From the NCBI GenBank assembly GCA_965203515.1, contig OZ241907.1:224001-288000 (forward strand): a stretch of 64,000 nucleotides of DNA, read 5' to 3'. Made by a program: the position numbers and the translations under genes. The notes below the pieces were generated by a model that was not told the origin of the DNA, searched no databases, and saw only the letters and a list, made by a program, of their open reading frames with translations. Shown here piece by piece: positions 40,367-53,586 of this stretch; within the stretch, counting starts at the first letter, position 1, and each line of letters begins with the position of its first letter. Source of the stretch: Spirochaetia bacterium (lineage in GTDB: Bacteria; Spirochaetota; Spirochaetia; SZUA-6; Bin103).

Positions 40367-41148
40367 CCGGCGCGGTCGACGCGCGGCGGTTCATCCTGAA
40401 CTGCGGCCCGTCGACCGGCGTGCGGACGGACTGGACGTTTGCGGACGCCGTGGAGGCCGGCGTGGTCTCCGATGCCGCGGCGCGGCCCTCCGTCGATCTG
40501 CGCGTCGACGGCTGGCCGGTCCGCGACCAGGGGACGACCGGCGCCTGCGTCGGGTTCGCCGCCGCCGACGGCGTGCTCCATTGGCACTACCGGCAGGCCG
40601 AACTGTTGGCCGACGGCGAACGGCCATCGCCCCGGTTCATCTGGATGGCCAACAAGGAGACCGATCTGCTCACCTCGTTCCCGACGACCTTCATCGAGTC
40701 GGCCGGCACGCAGATCAAGTTGGCGCTGCGGGTCGCCCGCCGGTACGGGTGCGTGCTCGAAAGCACGCTGCCGATGAGCGGCGCGCTCAGCTCGCTCACC
40801 ACCGCGGCGTTCTACGCGCAGGCCGCCCGCTATCGCATCGGCAGCTACCACAATCTCGGTCGCGAGCTCGACCGGTGGCGCGCATGGCTCTCGAACCAGG
40901 GTCCGGTACTGGTGCGGGTGATCGTCGACCGGACCTGGGACCGCGCCACCGCCGCGAACGGCGAGCTGGACCGGCATCGGCCCGATGCGGCCCGCGGCGG
41001 TCACGCCGCCTGCCTGGTCGGCTACACGTCGACGCACTTCATCGTCCGGAACAGTTGGGGGCGGCAGTGGGGTGACGGCGGCTTCGCGTATGCGTCCGAC
41101 GCCTACGCGGCGAGCGCCTTCGACGAGGCGTACGGCGCCGTGCCGTGA
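40363..41148 (+). CDS. C1A (papain-like) cysteine peptidase
   Basis: VDLR, DQG..GAC (catalytic Cys), GGHA (His), RNSWG..WGD.G (Asn). ATGA overlap. Confidence 0.88.
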   Translation: MTGAVDARRFILNCGPSTGVRTDWTFADAVEAGVVSDAAARPSVDLRVDGWPVRDQGTTGACVGFAAADGVLHWHYRQAELLADGERPSPRFIWMANKETDLLTSFPTTFIESAGTQIKLALRVARRYGCVLESTLPMSGALSSLTTAAFYAQAARYRIGSYHNLGRELDRWRAWLSNQGPVLVRVIVDRTWDRATAANGELDRHRPDAARGGHAACLVGYTSTHFIVRNSWGRQWGDGGFAYASDAYAASAFDEAYGAVP

Positions 41149-41164
41149 CAGCCTCTTGCGCGTT

Positions 41165-41193
41165 TTGACGCCTCGCGGGCGCCGCGCTACCGT
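41165..41193 (+). promoter_or_regulatory. Sigma70-type promoter, probably leaderless transcript
   Basis: TTGACG(41165-70), 17-nt spacer, TACCGT(41188-93), 8 nt, ATG 41202. No SD. Confidence 0.6.
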
Positions 41194-41201
41194 TCGCACG
41201 C

Positions 41202-42596
41202 ATGGGCGTCTCCACGGGAGCGCGCTCCCGCGCCGCGTACCGGGTGATGGCGCTGGCCGCGGCCGCGCTGGCGCTGCTGAGCTGCGGCGAGAACGCGGGC
41301 CGGCCGCAGGCGGTCCTGCATGGGCCGGACGCGCACCCGATGCCGCCCGGTCCGGCCGTGCTGCGCGGACCGCTGTCGGCCGAGGCCGCAGAGGGTCTGG
41401 AGGAGCTGCTGGAGCGCATGGAGATGCGGTTGGAACGGAGCCGTTCCGTCTCTCCGATCGAGGAGATCGAGCGCCTGGGGGCCGCCGGCGACGCGCGCGT
41501 GCTGTGGCTGCTGACCGATCTGTTCCCGTTCTCGAACCGTGACACGGTGACGGCGATCCGCGACGCATTCGTCGATCTCACCGGTACGGAGGTAGTGGCG
41601 GACGACGGGCGGCTGACGATGATCAACCGCCTGATCGCCTGGGACGTGCCGGCGTTCCCCGGCTATCGCGAATACAAATGGCGCCTGTTCCGTTTCATCG
41701 AGCCGCTTTGGGAGCCGTTCTTCACCGACGACGACTCCGGCATCGACTGGCGGCTGGTCGGATGGGGCGGCGTGGCGATCGACGACCGGCTGCATGCCAC
41801 GCCGGAGAGCCGTTGCCTGCGCGGTTGCATCCCCGCGATCGACGAGCCGGCGGTGACCGGCGCCGACGGCGGAGACTGGTATCCGGACGAACGGCTGGTG
41901 TTCGGCGTGGTGATCAACGGCGAGGCGCGCGCCTACCCGAAGAACGTGATGGAAGTGCACGAGATGGTGAACGACACGCTCGGCGGGCGCCGCATCGGCA
42001 TGCCGTATTGCACGCTGTGCGGATCCGCGCAGGCGTACTTCACGGATGACGTGGAAGGATTCCGGCCGGTACTCCGTACGTCCGGCCTGCTGTCCCGCTC
42101 GAACAAGCTGATGTATGACCGCAGCACCTGGTCGGCGATCGACACCTTCTCCGGCGCGGCGCTGTCCGGGCCGCTCCGTGAGGCGGGCGTGGCGTTGACG
42201 CCGATTTCGGTGGTCACCTCCACCTGGGGCGACTGGAAGCGCCGGCACCCGGAGACGACGATTCTCGAGCGATTTCGGTCCTACCCGCTCGACCCGCTAC
42301 GCGGCCGGGACGACGACGGGCCGATCTTCCCGGTCGGAGACGTCGATCAGCGTCTGCCGATCCAGGAGCGCGTACTGGGCGTGGACGCTCCGGACGGTCC
42401 GATCGCCTTCCCGGTGGAGACTGCGGTGACCGCGCTGCGGGCGGGGGAGGCGGTCGAGATGGGCGGCGTCCGCCTGGAGATGGAGGGCAGCGGCGTTCGC
42501 GCCTTCATCGGCGAGCGGGACGCGGCCGCGCACGAGGCGTTCTGGTTCGCCTGGAGTCAGTTCAAGCCGGACACGCGCCTGTGGCAGCGTGAGTGA
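41202..42596 (+). CDS. DUF3179-family lipoprotein
   Basis: Lipobox LALLSC, IPAID.P, RAYP...HE.VND, YCTLCGS, SGLL..SN..MYD, TW..W...HP.T, FWFAW. Confidence 0.85.
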   Translation: MGVSTGARSRAAYRVMALAAAALALLSCGENAGRPQAVLHGPDAHPMPPGPAVLRGPLSAEAAEGLEELLERMEMRLERSRSVSPIEEIERLGAAGDARVLWLLTDLFPFSNRDTVTAIRDAFVDLTGTEVVADDGRLTMINRLIAWDVPAFPGYREYKWRLFRFIEPLWEPFFTDDDSGIDWRLVGWGGVAIDDRLHATPESRCLRGCIPAIDEPAVTGADGGDWYPDERLVFGVVINGEARAYPKNVMEVHEMVNDTLGGRRIGMPYCTLCGSAQAYFTDDVEGFRPVLRTSGLLSRSNKLMYDRSTWSAIDTFSGAALSGPLREAGVALTPISVVTSTWGDWKRRHPETTILERFRSYPLDPLRGRDDDGPIFPVGDVDQRLPIQERVLGVDAPDGPIAFPVETAVTALRAGEAVEMGGVRLEMEGSGVRAFIGERDAAAHEAFWFAWSQFKPDTRLWQRE

Positions 42597-42624
42597 CCGA
42601 CACCGACGGCCGCGGGCCGGCGCT

Positions 42625-43503
42625 TCAACGGCGCCAGCGGCTGGGCGCCATCCCCGGCGCGTCGGCCGGCATGCCGGCCGGCTTGTTGCCGACCGCGAAG
42701 TCGAACTCCTTGGCGTTCGCGTCGTCGAAATAGGGCCGTACCGATGCGGGGAGCATGGCGAGCTCCTCCGCCGTGGCCGCCGGAACGTCGGCGATCGGCC
42801 CCGCCCAGGCCGGCCGGTAGGCGATCGCCAGCATGCGCCGCGGCCGCGTGCCGGCGTTGGGCAGCGTGCCGTGGAACACGCGGTGATTCAGGAACAGCGC
42901 CGAACCGGCGCGGCACGTCACCACCACCTGCTCCGGGTGGCTGGTGTAGCGCTTGTACGGGTGGGCGTCGGCGTGCATGCAGAGGTGGGACCTGGGGATC
43001 ACTCGGAACGGCGACACGTCCATGGTCAGATCGTCCAGGTAGTAGAGGACCCGCACCGTGATCGGGCAGCTCCCCTCGTAGCCGAAGATCGATGACCCGT
43101 ACGGCTGGCCGTCGGTATGCAGGCTGATGCCCGGCGTGCCGGGCTCGGAGCGGTCGTAGGTGACGTTGTGCAGGCACAGGATGCGATCGCCGAACAGGCG
43201 CTCCAGCAGATCGAGCGTCGGCCGAAAGGTCACCAGTTCCGCCAGCGTGCGGCTTCGCAAGTGGACCTTCGTGCAGCCGCGCTGCCGTTCGCTGTAGTCG
43301 CGCCCCTGGGTCGGCAGCTTGTCCGTCTCGGCGCGCAGCGTCTCCAGGTGCTCGGGGGGGAGCAGGTCGGGGACGATCAGGTAGCCCTCCATCTCGATCT
43401 GCCGGATGCGCTCCCCTTCGCTCAGGGCGGCCCAGTCGCGGTCGTCGACGGTCATGCCGTTACCGGTCTGGCCGGCACCGGCGCGTTCGCTGGAGGTATG
43501 CAT
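42625..43503 (-). CDS. PhyH-family dioxygenase
   Basis: EGYL..P, LHTD, VIPRSH, FHGT.PN....R. Confidence 0.85.
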   Translation of the reverse strand: MHTSSERAGAGQTGNGMTVDDRDWAALSEGERIRQIEMEGYLIVPDLLPPEHLETLRAETDKLPTQGRDYSERQRGCTKVHLRSRTLAELVTFRPTLDLLERLFGDRILCLHNVTYDRSEPGTPGISLHTDGQPYGSSIFGYEGSCPITVRVLYYLDDLTMDVSPFRVIPRSHLCMHADAHPYKRYTSHPEQVVVTCRAGSALFLNHRVFHGTLPNAGTRPRRMLAIAYRPAWAGPIADVPAATAEELAMLPASVRPYFDDANAKEFDFAVGNKPAGMPADAPGMAPSRWRR

Positions 43504-43534
43504 GGCGCCTCAACGTAGATCGTCGCGCGCCGGC

Positions 43535-43570
43535 CGGCAAGGGCCGGGCGGCACGGGCCGGCCCTTGCCG
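43535..43570. repeat. Perfect 13-bp inverted repeat in a divergent promoter region
   Basis: CGGCAAGGGCCGG(43535-47) and CCGGCCCTTGCCG(43558-70), 10-nt loop. Confidence 0.6.
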
Positions 43571-43622
43571 CCCGGCGGTCCGCCTGCTGCGGGCCGGTTG
43601 GAACAGGCCGGCGCTTTGAGCT

Positions 43623-46448
<2,826 letters not shown>

Positions 46449-46461
46449 ATGGATCGGTGAG

Positions 46462-47829
46462 ATGGCCGTAGAGATCAAGCTGCCGGTCCTGGGCGAGGGG
46501 GTCGATGCCGGCACCGTCGCCGGCGTGCTGGTCACGGCCGGCGACAGCGTGGAGGTCGATGCCCCGCTGATCGAGCTGGAGACCGACAAGGCGGTGATAG
46601 AAGTGCCCGCCACCGAGGCGGGCGTCGTCGCCTCGCTCCCGGTCAAGGCCGGGGACACCGTCTCGGTGGGGCAGGTGATCGCCATCATCGAGCCGGGCGC
46701 CGCGGCGGCTCCGTCACCATCACCGTCCCCGGAGGCGGCGGCCGACCACACGGCCGCCGAGCGGCAGGAGCAGCGCGGCGGCCCGCCTCCACCGGCGTCC
46801 GCGCCGCCGGTGGTCACCGCCACGCCGTCCGCCCCGCCGCTTGCGCAGCCGCCGACTCCGGCGGGAATGCAGCCGCCGGCAGGTACCGCGCAGCCGCCGG
46901 CCGGCGAGTTCAACCTGCCGGAATGGCCGATACCGGCCACGCCCAACACGCGCCGCTTCGCGCGCGAGCTCGGCGTCGACGTCACGGCCGTGCAGGGCAC
47001 CGGCAGTGACGGGCGCATCCTCTCCGGCGACGTGGTGCGCACCGCCCGCGCCATGCTGGAGGCCGCCGGCTCCGGCGGGAGCGCAGCCGCCCTGCCGCCG
47101 CTTCCCGACTTCAGCCGCTGGGGTCGCGTCGACCGCGAACCGATGAGCGGCGTCCGCCGCACGACCGCCACGCATCTGTCGACCTCGTGGACGGCGATCC
47201 CGCACGTCACCCAACATGACGAGGCCGACGTCACGGAGCTGGAACGCCTCCGCAAGCGCTTTGGCCCGCGCGTGCAGGAGGCGGGCGGCAAGCTCACGAT
47301 GACCGCGATCGCGGTGCGGGTGGTGGCGAGCGCCCTGCGGGTCTTTCCGCGGTTCGCCTCCAGCGTCGACATGGCCAGCCGCGAGGTGATCCTCAAGCGC
47401 TACACCCACGTGGGCGTGGCGGTCGATACCGATCGCGGCTTGCTGGTGCCGGTGGTCCGCGACGCCGGCCGCAAGAACGTGACCGAGCTGTCGGTCGAGA
47501 TCGGAGCGCTGGCCGCGCGGGCGCGCGCCGGCAAGCTCACCCTGGAGGAGATGCAGGGCGGCTGCTTCACGATCACCAATCTGGGCGGCCTGGGCGGGAC
47601 GGCGTTCACGCCGATCGTGAACTACCCGGAGGTGGCGATCCTGGGCCTGTCACGCTCCCGGGTCACGCCCGTGCACCGCGACCGCGACGGCGGCTTCGAA
47701 CCGCGGCTGCTGCTGCCGCTGTCGCTCTCCTACGACCACCGCGTCATCGACGGCGCCGACGCCGTGCGCTTCCTGCGCTGGATCGTCGAGGCGCTGGAGA
47801 ACCCTTTCCTGCTTTCCCTGGAGGGTTAG
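46462..47829 (+). CDS. aceF: Dihydrolipoamide acetyltransferase E2 (single lipoyl domain)
   Basis: ETDKA lipoyl lysine, E3-binding ATP..R..ARE.GVD...V.GTG..GRI, catalytic YDHRVIDG. Confidence 0.93.
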   Translation: MAVEIKLPVLGEGVDAGTVAGVLVTAGDSVEVDAPLIELETDKAVIEVPATEAGVVASLPVKAGDTVSVGQVIAIIEPGAAAAPSPSPSPEAAADHTAAERQEQRGGPPPPASAPPVVTATPSAPPLAQPPTPAGMQPPAGTAQPPAGEFNLPEWPIPATPNTRRFARELGVDVTAVQGTGSDGRILSGDVVRTARAMLEAAGSGGSAAALPPLPDFSRWGRVDREPMSGVRRTTATHLSTSWTAIPHVTQHDEADVTELERLRKRFGPRVQEAGGKLTMTAIAVRVVASALRVFPRFASSVDMASREVILKRYTHVGVAVDTDRGLLVPVVRDAGRKNVTELSVEIGALAARARAGKLTLEEMQGGCFTITNLGGLGGTAFTPIVNYPEVAILGLSRSRVTPVHRDRDGGFEPRLLLPLSLSYDHRVIDGADAVRFLRWIVEALENPFLLSLEG

Positions 47830-47881
47830 GCGGCCGGGCGCCGTTTGCCCCGGGTCCGCGTCGGATGACATGATCGGGCCC

Positions 47882-48901
47882 ATGGCGGACACCGTTCGGC
47901 TGGCCCTGGTCGGCTGCGGCGCGATCGCGGGCTACCACGCCAAGGCGATCCGCTCCATCGACCGCATCGAGATCGCGGCGGCGATCGATCCGAAGCGGGA
48001 AGCCGCGCAAGCCCTGGCTGCGGAGTACGACGCCGGCGCATTCGCGACCATCGAAGAGGCGGCGGCGGCGGTCGACTTCGACGCGGTCGACATCATGACG
48101 CCGCACGACCTGCACGAGTCTCTGGCCGGGCAGGCGTTCGCGCTGGGCAAGCACGTGCTGTTGGAGAAGCCGATCGCGCAGGATCTGACCACTGCCGAGC
48201 GGGTGCTCGCCGCCGGCGCGGCGGCCGATCAGGCGTTCATGGTAGGCGAGAACTCCCAGTACTGGCCGGACGTGGTGGCGGTCGAACGCCTGCTCCGCGA
48301 CGGCGCCGTGGGCGAGGTGATCGCCGCGCAGGCCGCGTTCGAGTGCCGGTTCGATCCGTTCTGGTATCCGGGGGTCCGTCCCTGGCGCTTCGACCTGCAG
48401 CGCACCGGGGGCGGCGTGGTCATCGACGGCGGCGCGCACTGGATCAGGCCGTTGCGCGTCTGGCTGGGAGAGATCGAGTCGGTCACGGGCATCACCGGCC
48501 GGCCGATCGAGGGGATGGACGGCGAGTCGCTCGCACAGGCGTTGCTGCGCTTCGAGTCGGGCGTGGTGGCGTCGTTCCTGGCCCTCACCTCGCCCGCGAA
48601 CCTGTCGGACATGCCATGGTTTCGCGTGCTGGGCACGAAGGGCGAGGTGTTGATCCGCGGCGGCTTCGATGCGGGCGGGATCGAGCTCTACGACGAAGAC
48701 CATCCCGACGGGCAGGCGCTGCCGGGCGATCACGGCTATTTCCGGTCATTCAAGCCGGAACTGGAGGACTTCGCCGCGCTGGTGCTGGACGGCAAGCCGC
48801 CGGTGGCCCCCCCGGAGCAGGCGCTCGGCGAGATGCGGACCGCCCTTGCGCTCTATCGATCGGCCCGGAGCGGAGCGTGGGAGTCGGTCTGGGGCGCCTG
48901 A
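47882..48901 (+). CDS. Gfo/Idh/MocA-family oxidoreductase
   Basis: GCGAIA, HVLLEKP, GGG...D.G.H. Confidence 0.88.
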   Translation: MADTVRLALVGCGAIAGYHAKAIRSIDRIEIAAAIDPKREAAQALAAEYDAGAFATIEEAAAAVDFDAVDIMTPHDLHESLAGQAFALGKHVLLEKPIAQDLTTAERVLAAGAAADQAFMVGENSQYWPDVVAVERLLRDGAVGEVIAAQAAFECRFDPFWYPGVRPWRFDLQRTGGGVVIDGGAHWIRPLRVWLGEIESVTGITGRPIEGMDGESLAQALLRFESGVVASFLALTSPANLSDMPWFRVLGTKGEVLIRGGFDAGGIELYDEDHPDGQALPGDHGYFRSFKPELEDFAALVLDGKPPVAPPEQALGEMRTALALYRSARSGAWESVWGA

Positions 48902-48917
48902 CGGGAAGGATGGCGGT

Positions 48918-49805
48918 ATGAGCATGTCGGCGATGACCGCGGTGGCGCCGTTCCGCGCCGCGGCGGAGGACGCGCGGGCGGACGCGGCGCGGGAGGACGG
49001 TTATCTGTACCTGCCGGGGCTGCTGCCGGCGGACGAGGTGCTGGCCGTCCGGGAACAGGTGGCGGCGGTCGCCGCGCGCCACGGCCTGCTGCGAGCCGGG
49101 ACGCCGGCCCGTGACGCCGTCGCCGAGCAGAGCGCCTTTCTGCACGAAAGCGATCCCACGCCGGAATACCGGGCCTGCTACAACGACCTGTTGCGCCTGC
49201 GCGCCATGCACGCGCTGGCGGTTCACCCGGCGCTGATCGGCGCGCTGGAAACCGTCTTGGGAGAGCCGGTGCTGGCGCATCCACGCAACATCGTGCGGAT
49301 GGTCGTTCCGGGTCGGCCGTCGATCACGACGGCGCCGCATCAGGACCACCGGCCGATCAAGGGGACGCCGGAGGTGTGGACCGCCTGGCTCCCGCTGGGC
49401 GACTGCCCGGAACGGCTTGGCGGCCTGGCGGTGCTGCCGGGGTCCCACCGCAACGGCCTGTACGAGGTGCCGGACGGCACGATCTACTTCGATACGGCCG
49501 ATGTCCGGACGGTCGGCAACGGGGAGTGGCGCTGGAACCCGATGCGGTGCGGGGACGTGCTGCTGTTTCACAGCCTGACGGTCCATCAGGCGCGCGACAA
49601 CCGCTCGCGCGACCGGATCCGGCTGTCGTGCGACTTCCGGTACCAGGCCCGCAGCCAGCCCGTGCACGAGCACTCGCTGCTGCCGCACATGCGCTGGATC
49701 GACTGGGGCGAGATCTACGCCGGCTGGGCCAAGGACGATCCGCTGCGCTACTACTGGCGCGCCTACCGGCTCGACGTACGCTCCGACGACCGCCTGTCGG
49801 GCTGA
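48918..49805 (+). CDS. PhyH-family dioxygenase
   Basis: EDGYL, PHQD, WLPLGD......GGL.VLPGSH, GDVL.FH.LTVH.A..N.S.DR.RLS.D.RY. Confidence 0.88.
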   Translation: MSMSAMTAVAPFRAAAEDARADAAREDGYLYLPGLLPADEVLAVREQVAAVAARHGLLRAGTPARDAVAEQSAFLHESDPTPEYRACYNDLLRLRAMHALAVHPALIGALETVLGEPVLAHPRNIVRMVVPGRPSITTAPHQDHRPIKGTPEVWTAWLPLGDCPERLGGLAVLPGSHRNGLYEVPDGTIYFDTADVRTVGNGEWRWNPMRCGDVLLFHSLTVHQARDNRSRDRIRLSCDFRYQARSQPVHEHSLLPHMRWIDWGEIYAGWAKDDPLRYYWRAYRLDVRSDDRLSG

Positions 49806-49845
49806 CCTGAGCGCAGACGCTATAACGCTCGCAGACGCATGGCGT

Positions 49846-51399
49846 TCAGAGCGGCGCGAACGGCTGCCGGCCGAGCAGTGCATCGATGGCCGGCTGGCCG
49901 GTCGGGTAGACGCCCTCCGGCACCGGGGAGCCGGCCTGCAGCAGCAGCCGAATCACCGCGGCGTAGTCGCCGGCCGGGTTCCACTGCCGGTGGATCGCCG
50001 TACCGAGCGGCGGGCCGGCCATCGCCGGCGCGTCGCCATCCGGGCGCGCGCCATGCGCCAGCAGCGCCGCGGCCATGGCCGGATTGCCCCGGCACGCCGC
50101 CCAGTGCAGCGGCGTGGCGTCCATCCAACTGGCGGCGTCGACGTCGAAGCCTGCCTCGGCCATGACGCGGACGCCGTCCGCGTTGTTCATCTGCGCCACG
50201 GTGGCTATCAGCGCCTTGTCGTGGCGATGCAGGCGCGCCACCGCGTGCGGCCGCGCGGTCAGGATGGCGGCGGCGCGCTCGCCGTCGCCGCGCGCGCAGG
50301 CCACCACCAACTCGTCACCGGCGTCCCGTGCCGAAGGGCGCGCCCCGCGGCGCTCCAGCAGGCCGGCGACCTCGGTCTGCCCCAGGCGCAACGCCACGTC
50401 GTGCGCGGTGCGGGCGCGTATCGATGGAAAGGCGGTCGTCCGCCGGCCGGTGCGGGCGTGCACGTCGGCCCCATGGTCCAGGAGCAGCTCGATGACCGCG
50501 GGACCGAAGCCGCGCTTCACCGCCCAATGCAGCGCCGTCTCTCCCGATGCGGGGTGGCGCTGATCGGGATCCGCGCCGCGGGACAGGAACCAGCGGACGC
50601 CTTCGTCGTAGCGGTAGTCGATCACGTGCTTGAGGTTGTAGGAGAGGTCGTCCCGATCGACGCCGTGGGCGTACAGCAACTCCAGACAGGCGGTGTCGAA
50701 GTGCTCGCAGGCGTGGTAGAGCGACTCACCGTCGTTCGGGTCGGCGCCGGCTTCCAGCAGCAGCTCCGTCATGCCGGCGTGGTTGGCGACGCCGCAGGCG
50801 CCGTACAACGCGGTTTCGTTCGCGTCGTACTCGGCATTATGCCAGAAGCAGTTGGGGTCGGCGCCGTGGTCCAGCAGCAGGCGCGCCGTGCGCAGCAGCC
50901 CCTCGGAGCGCCGGGGATCCCATGCCAGAAACCCGGACCAGCATACGTAGAGCAGCGGCGGCCACCGGCGCGGCCCACCAGGGAGCCGGGCCAAATCCGG
51001 CCGCCGGGAAAGCCGCTCCGCCACCTCATCCGCCGCGCCGAGCACGCACGCGGCGTACAGGTCCGCCCCTGCCGCGTCGGGCGCTATCGCCAGCAAGGCT
51101 TGCGCCCGCTGCCGGTCTCCCCACGCCCAACCGCAGTCCAGAAAGGCGCTCACCCGGTCGTTGGCGGGGGTCGCCGCCGCTTCCGCCGACACCCGGAACC
51201 GCTGCCAGTCGTCGAACCCGTGCTCGCGCGCCACCACGAATCGGGCATCGCCGAGCGTAGCGTCCGCAACGGGCCGATCGAACCGGGGATGCGACCGGGC
51301 GAAGCGCCGCCGCGCCGCGCCGGCGCCGTTGCGGTAGCCGTCCAGCAGCTCCTGCGCCTGACCTTCGGCGTGATCGGTTGACGGCAGGTCGCCGGTCAT
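49846..51399 (-). CDS. Ankyrin-repeat protein
   Basis: Repeated LL..GADPN, ETALHWA, TPLHWAA. N-terminal A...ARE.GF..W motif. Confidence 0.85.
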   Translation of the reverse strand: MTGDLPSTDHAEGQAQELLDGYRNGAGAARRRFARSHPRFDRPVADATLGDARFVVAREHGFDDWQRFRVSAEAAATPANDRVSAFLDCGWAWGDRQRAQALLAIAPDAAGADLYAACVLGAADEVAERLSRRPDLARLPGGPRRWPPLLYVCWSGFLAWDPRRSEGLLRTARLLLDHGADPNCFWHNAEYDANETALYGACGVANHAGMTELLLEAGADPNDGESLYHACEHFDTACLELLYAHGVDRDDLSYNLKHVIDYRYDEGVRWFLSRGADPDQRHPASGETALHWAVKRGFGPAVIELLLDHGADVHARTGRRTTAFPSIRARTAHDVALRLGQTEVAGLLERRGARPSARDAGDELVVACARGDGERAAAILTARPHAVARLHRHDKALIATVAQMNNADGVRVMAEAGFDVDAASWMDATPLHWAACRGNPAMAAALLAHGARPDGDAPAMAGPPLGTAIHRQWNPAGDYAAVIRLLLQAGSPVPEGVYPTGQPAIDALLGRQPFAPL

Positions 51400-51439
51400 G
51401 GGTGACCGGCAGCGTACTCGCATGCCACCGTCCCGTACC

Positions 51440-51793
51440 ATGCCATTCATCAAGGTCGACGACCACGAATCGATCGAGCTGATGCCGGGAGTGCGCGCGC
51501 GCACCCCCTACGGAACGCGCATCATGCTCTCCTACCTGGAAATGGAGGCCGGCAGCAGCGTGCCTACGCACAGCCATCCGCACGAACAGGCGGGACTGCT
51601 CATCGAAGGCCGCATGGAGCTCACCATCGGCGACGAGTCCCGGGTCTGCGAGCCGGGAGACATGTTCATCATCCCGCCGGACACCCCGCACAGCGCGCGG
51701 CCGGTGGACGGCCCGGTGAAGGCGCTCGACGTCTTCAGCCCCGTTCGGGAGGACTACGCGGCGCAGTTCAACCGGTACTTCGGACCGGCCTGA
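51440..51793 (+). CDS. Cupin domain protein
   Basis: P.HSHPHEQ.G....G, PGD...IP...PHS. Confidence 0.88.
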   Translation: MPFIKVDDHESIELMPGVRARTPYGTRIMLSYLEMEAGSSVPTHSHPHEQAGLLIEGRMELTIGDESRVCEPGDMFIIPPDTPHSARPVDGPVKALDVFSPVREDYAAQFNRYFGPA

Positions 51794-53555
51794 CCGCGCC
51801 CGGGTTCGCGCGCTGACGCGGTAGCGGTGCGATGCCGGGGAAGGCGTGCGTGGGCTGATTGGCGTAGCGCTTCATCTTCATGGTGAGCCGGGCGCCGGCA
51901 CCGGGCGCCAGCTTCACGGTGATGGCCGGTTCGTCCAACGCGATGGCGGCGCCGTTCACGTGCGCGGCGGTGAACCGGTGTTCGGCGTAGGCGCCGGCCT
52001 GCATGACCAGCGCGTGGCGGCGCACGGGGCTGACGTTGACCAGCGTGACCGACACCTCGTCGTCGCTCATCGAATCGACCAGCGACGCCACGTCCTCCGG
52101 GATGCCGGCGCGGCCCCGGTCCAGGTCGAAATAGCGCACGCGGGTGTGCCACGCGGCGCCGATGTGCCGGGAGGGCAGCCCGCCCAGCATCAGCTCCACC
52201 AGTCGCCAGATGCCGGCGCCCGGGTTCATGCCGTTCGGGCTCTCGGACAGCCGCGTATCCGGCGTGGTGCGGTCCTCGCGCATGCGCCGCATCCGCTCGC
52301 GCGTTGCCTCCAGCTCGCCCTGCAATGCTCGGACCGGATAGTCCGGCGCGTCGCCGCACAGATAGGCCGCCCAGCCGCTCTTGCGGCGCGCCGGCGCACG
52401 GTCGCGCTCCCGCATCGACCAGTAGTAGACCTCCAGCGCGCCGTGATCGTAGGGCTCCGGGGAGAACTCGTACCAGCCGTCGGCCCCGTGCTTCTGCGGG
52501 TACTGCAGCCGGCCGTCGATCTCCTTCGCCTGCGCGTTTACGGCGTCGATCACGCCGCGCCACACGTCGACGTAGCGCTGATCGCCGGAGACCAGCAGCG
52601 CGTTGCCGAAGCCGTACGGCGCCAGGGAGCGAAAGAACGCCTTGTGGTCCCAGCCGTACACCGCTCCCCACCAGCGACCGCCGGCGCCGCCGATGGCGCC
52701 GTCCAGCCCGACGTTGCTGGGGATGATGCCGCCGTTCCGGTCGGTGCGCTCCACCCAGGCATCGGCGTAGTCGAGGATCCAGTCGCGGTACGCGCGTTCG
52801 CCCGTGCACAGATAGGCGTTCAGCACGATCGTGGAGACGATCAGGTTGCACGGCGTGTCGCCGATCACGTCCCGATAGGGGGTGAAGTGCTCGACGTAGT
52901 CGTTCCACGTGCGATGCCAGCGCAGCGGCGTGAAGCGCCCCTCGCATTCGAACGGGTCGCCTCCCCAATCGACCGGGGTGGTGGTGCGCAGCACCGGGCC
53001 GCGGCTGCCGGTCATGACGCTGCGGATCAGCCGGTGCTCCCGGTCGTAGTTGGGTGCGCCCGGGTTCTCACCCAGATAGAAGCCGGCGTAGCGGCGCATG
53101 CGCGCCTGGTAGGTCGGGTCCCACGGCTCCGCCAGCCCCTGCTGGAACAGCCCGTGGAAGCCCTCGGCGTTGTGCACGGAATCGAAGCTGGTCGGGAACT
53201 CCTGGTAGTACATGCCGTCGCGGGCCAGCGGGCACTCGGCGGTGCGCGCTTCCGTGTACTGCCGCATGTGGCCCTCGATGCCGTGCCGGTAGAGCTGCAG
53301 CACCCGCTCCGGGCCGCCCAGCGCGTAGAGCTCGGTCCAGCCGGTGACGTTCTCCGCCGCGTCGTCGGGGCCGTCCAGCGCCCCCCAACGCGGATGGCAC
53401 AGCACGTAGCCGCGCTCGTCGAAGTACCGGGCGTGGAACGCCTCGATCGCCTCCGGCAGCGACGCCAGCAGTTGACGCTGCAGCAGCGCCCAATGCGGCG
53501 CCGCCAGCGGCGTGGTCAGTTCCAAGACGGTCTCCGGCAGGGAGCGGTCGCGCAT
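51768..53555 (-). CDS. Conserved hypothetical protein (595 aa, aromatic-rich)
   Basis: GC3-biased ORF with WG..DG.DD..E, D..H..EG, P.N.G.DG, AG...EH.F. TATACT 6 nt upstream of the ATG. Confidence 0.75.
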   Translation of the reverse strand: MRDRSLPETVLELTTPLAAPHWALLQRQLLASLPEAIEAFHARYFDERGYVLCHPRWGALDGPDDAAENVTGWTELYALGGPERVLQLYRHGIEGHMRQYTEARTAECPLARDGMYYQEFPTSFDSVHNAEGFHGLFQQGLAEPWDPTYQARMRRYAGFYLGENPGAPNYDREHRLIRSVMTGSRGPVLRTTTPVDWGGDPFECEGRFTPLRWHRTWNDYVEHFTPYRDVIGDTPCNLIVSTIVLNAYLCTGERAYRDWILDYADAWVERTDRNGGIIPSNVGLDGAIGGAGGRWWGAVYGWDHKAFFRSLAPYGFGNALLVSGDQRYVDVWRGVIDAVNAQAKEIDGRLQYPQKHGADGWYEFSPEPYDHGALEVYYWSMRERDRAPARRKSGWAAYLCGDAPDYPVRALQGELEATRERMRRMREDRTTPDTRLSESPNGMNPGAGIWRLVELMLGGLPSRHIGAAWHTRVRYFDLDRGRAGIPEDVASLVDSMSDDEVSVTLVNVSPVRRHALVMQAGAYAEHRFTAAHVNGAAIALDEPAITVKLAPGAGARLTMKMKRYANQPTHAFPGIAPLPRQRANPGAVRPVRSTG

Positions 53556-53586
53556 GGCACGAGTATACTCCGTTCGGCCCGTGTGC

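Noticed and set aside
41202..42596. DUF3179 selenoprotein readthrough
   Set aside because: No internal TGA; the CxxC uses Cys codons and the ORF ends shortly after the usual FWFAW motif.
49846..51399. Ankyrin protein as a secreted host effector
   Set aside because: No signal peptide or secretion system nearby; this architecture also occurs in free-living bacteria.
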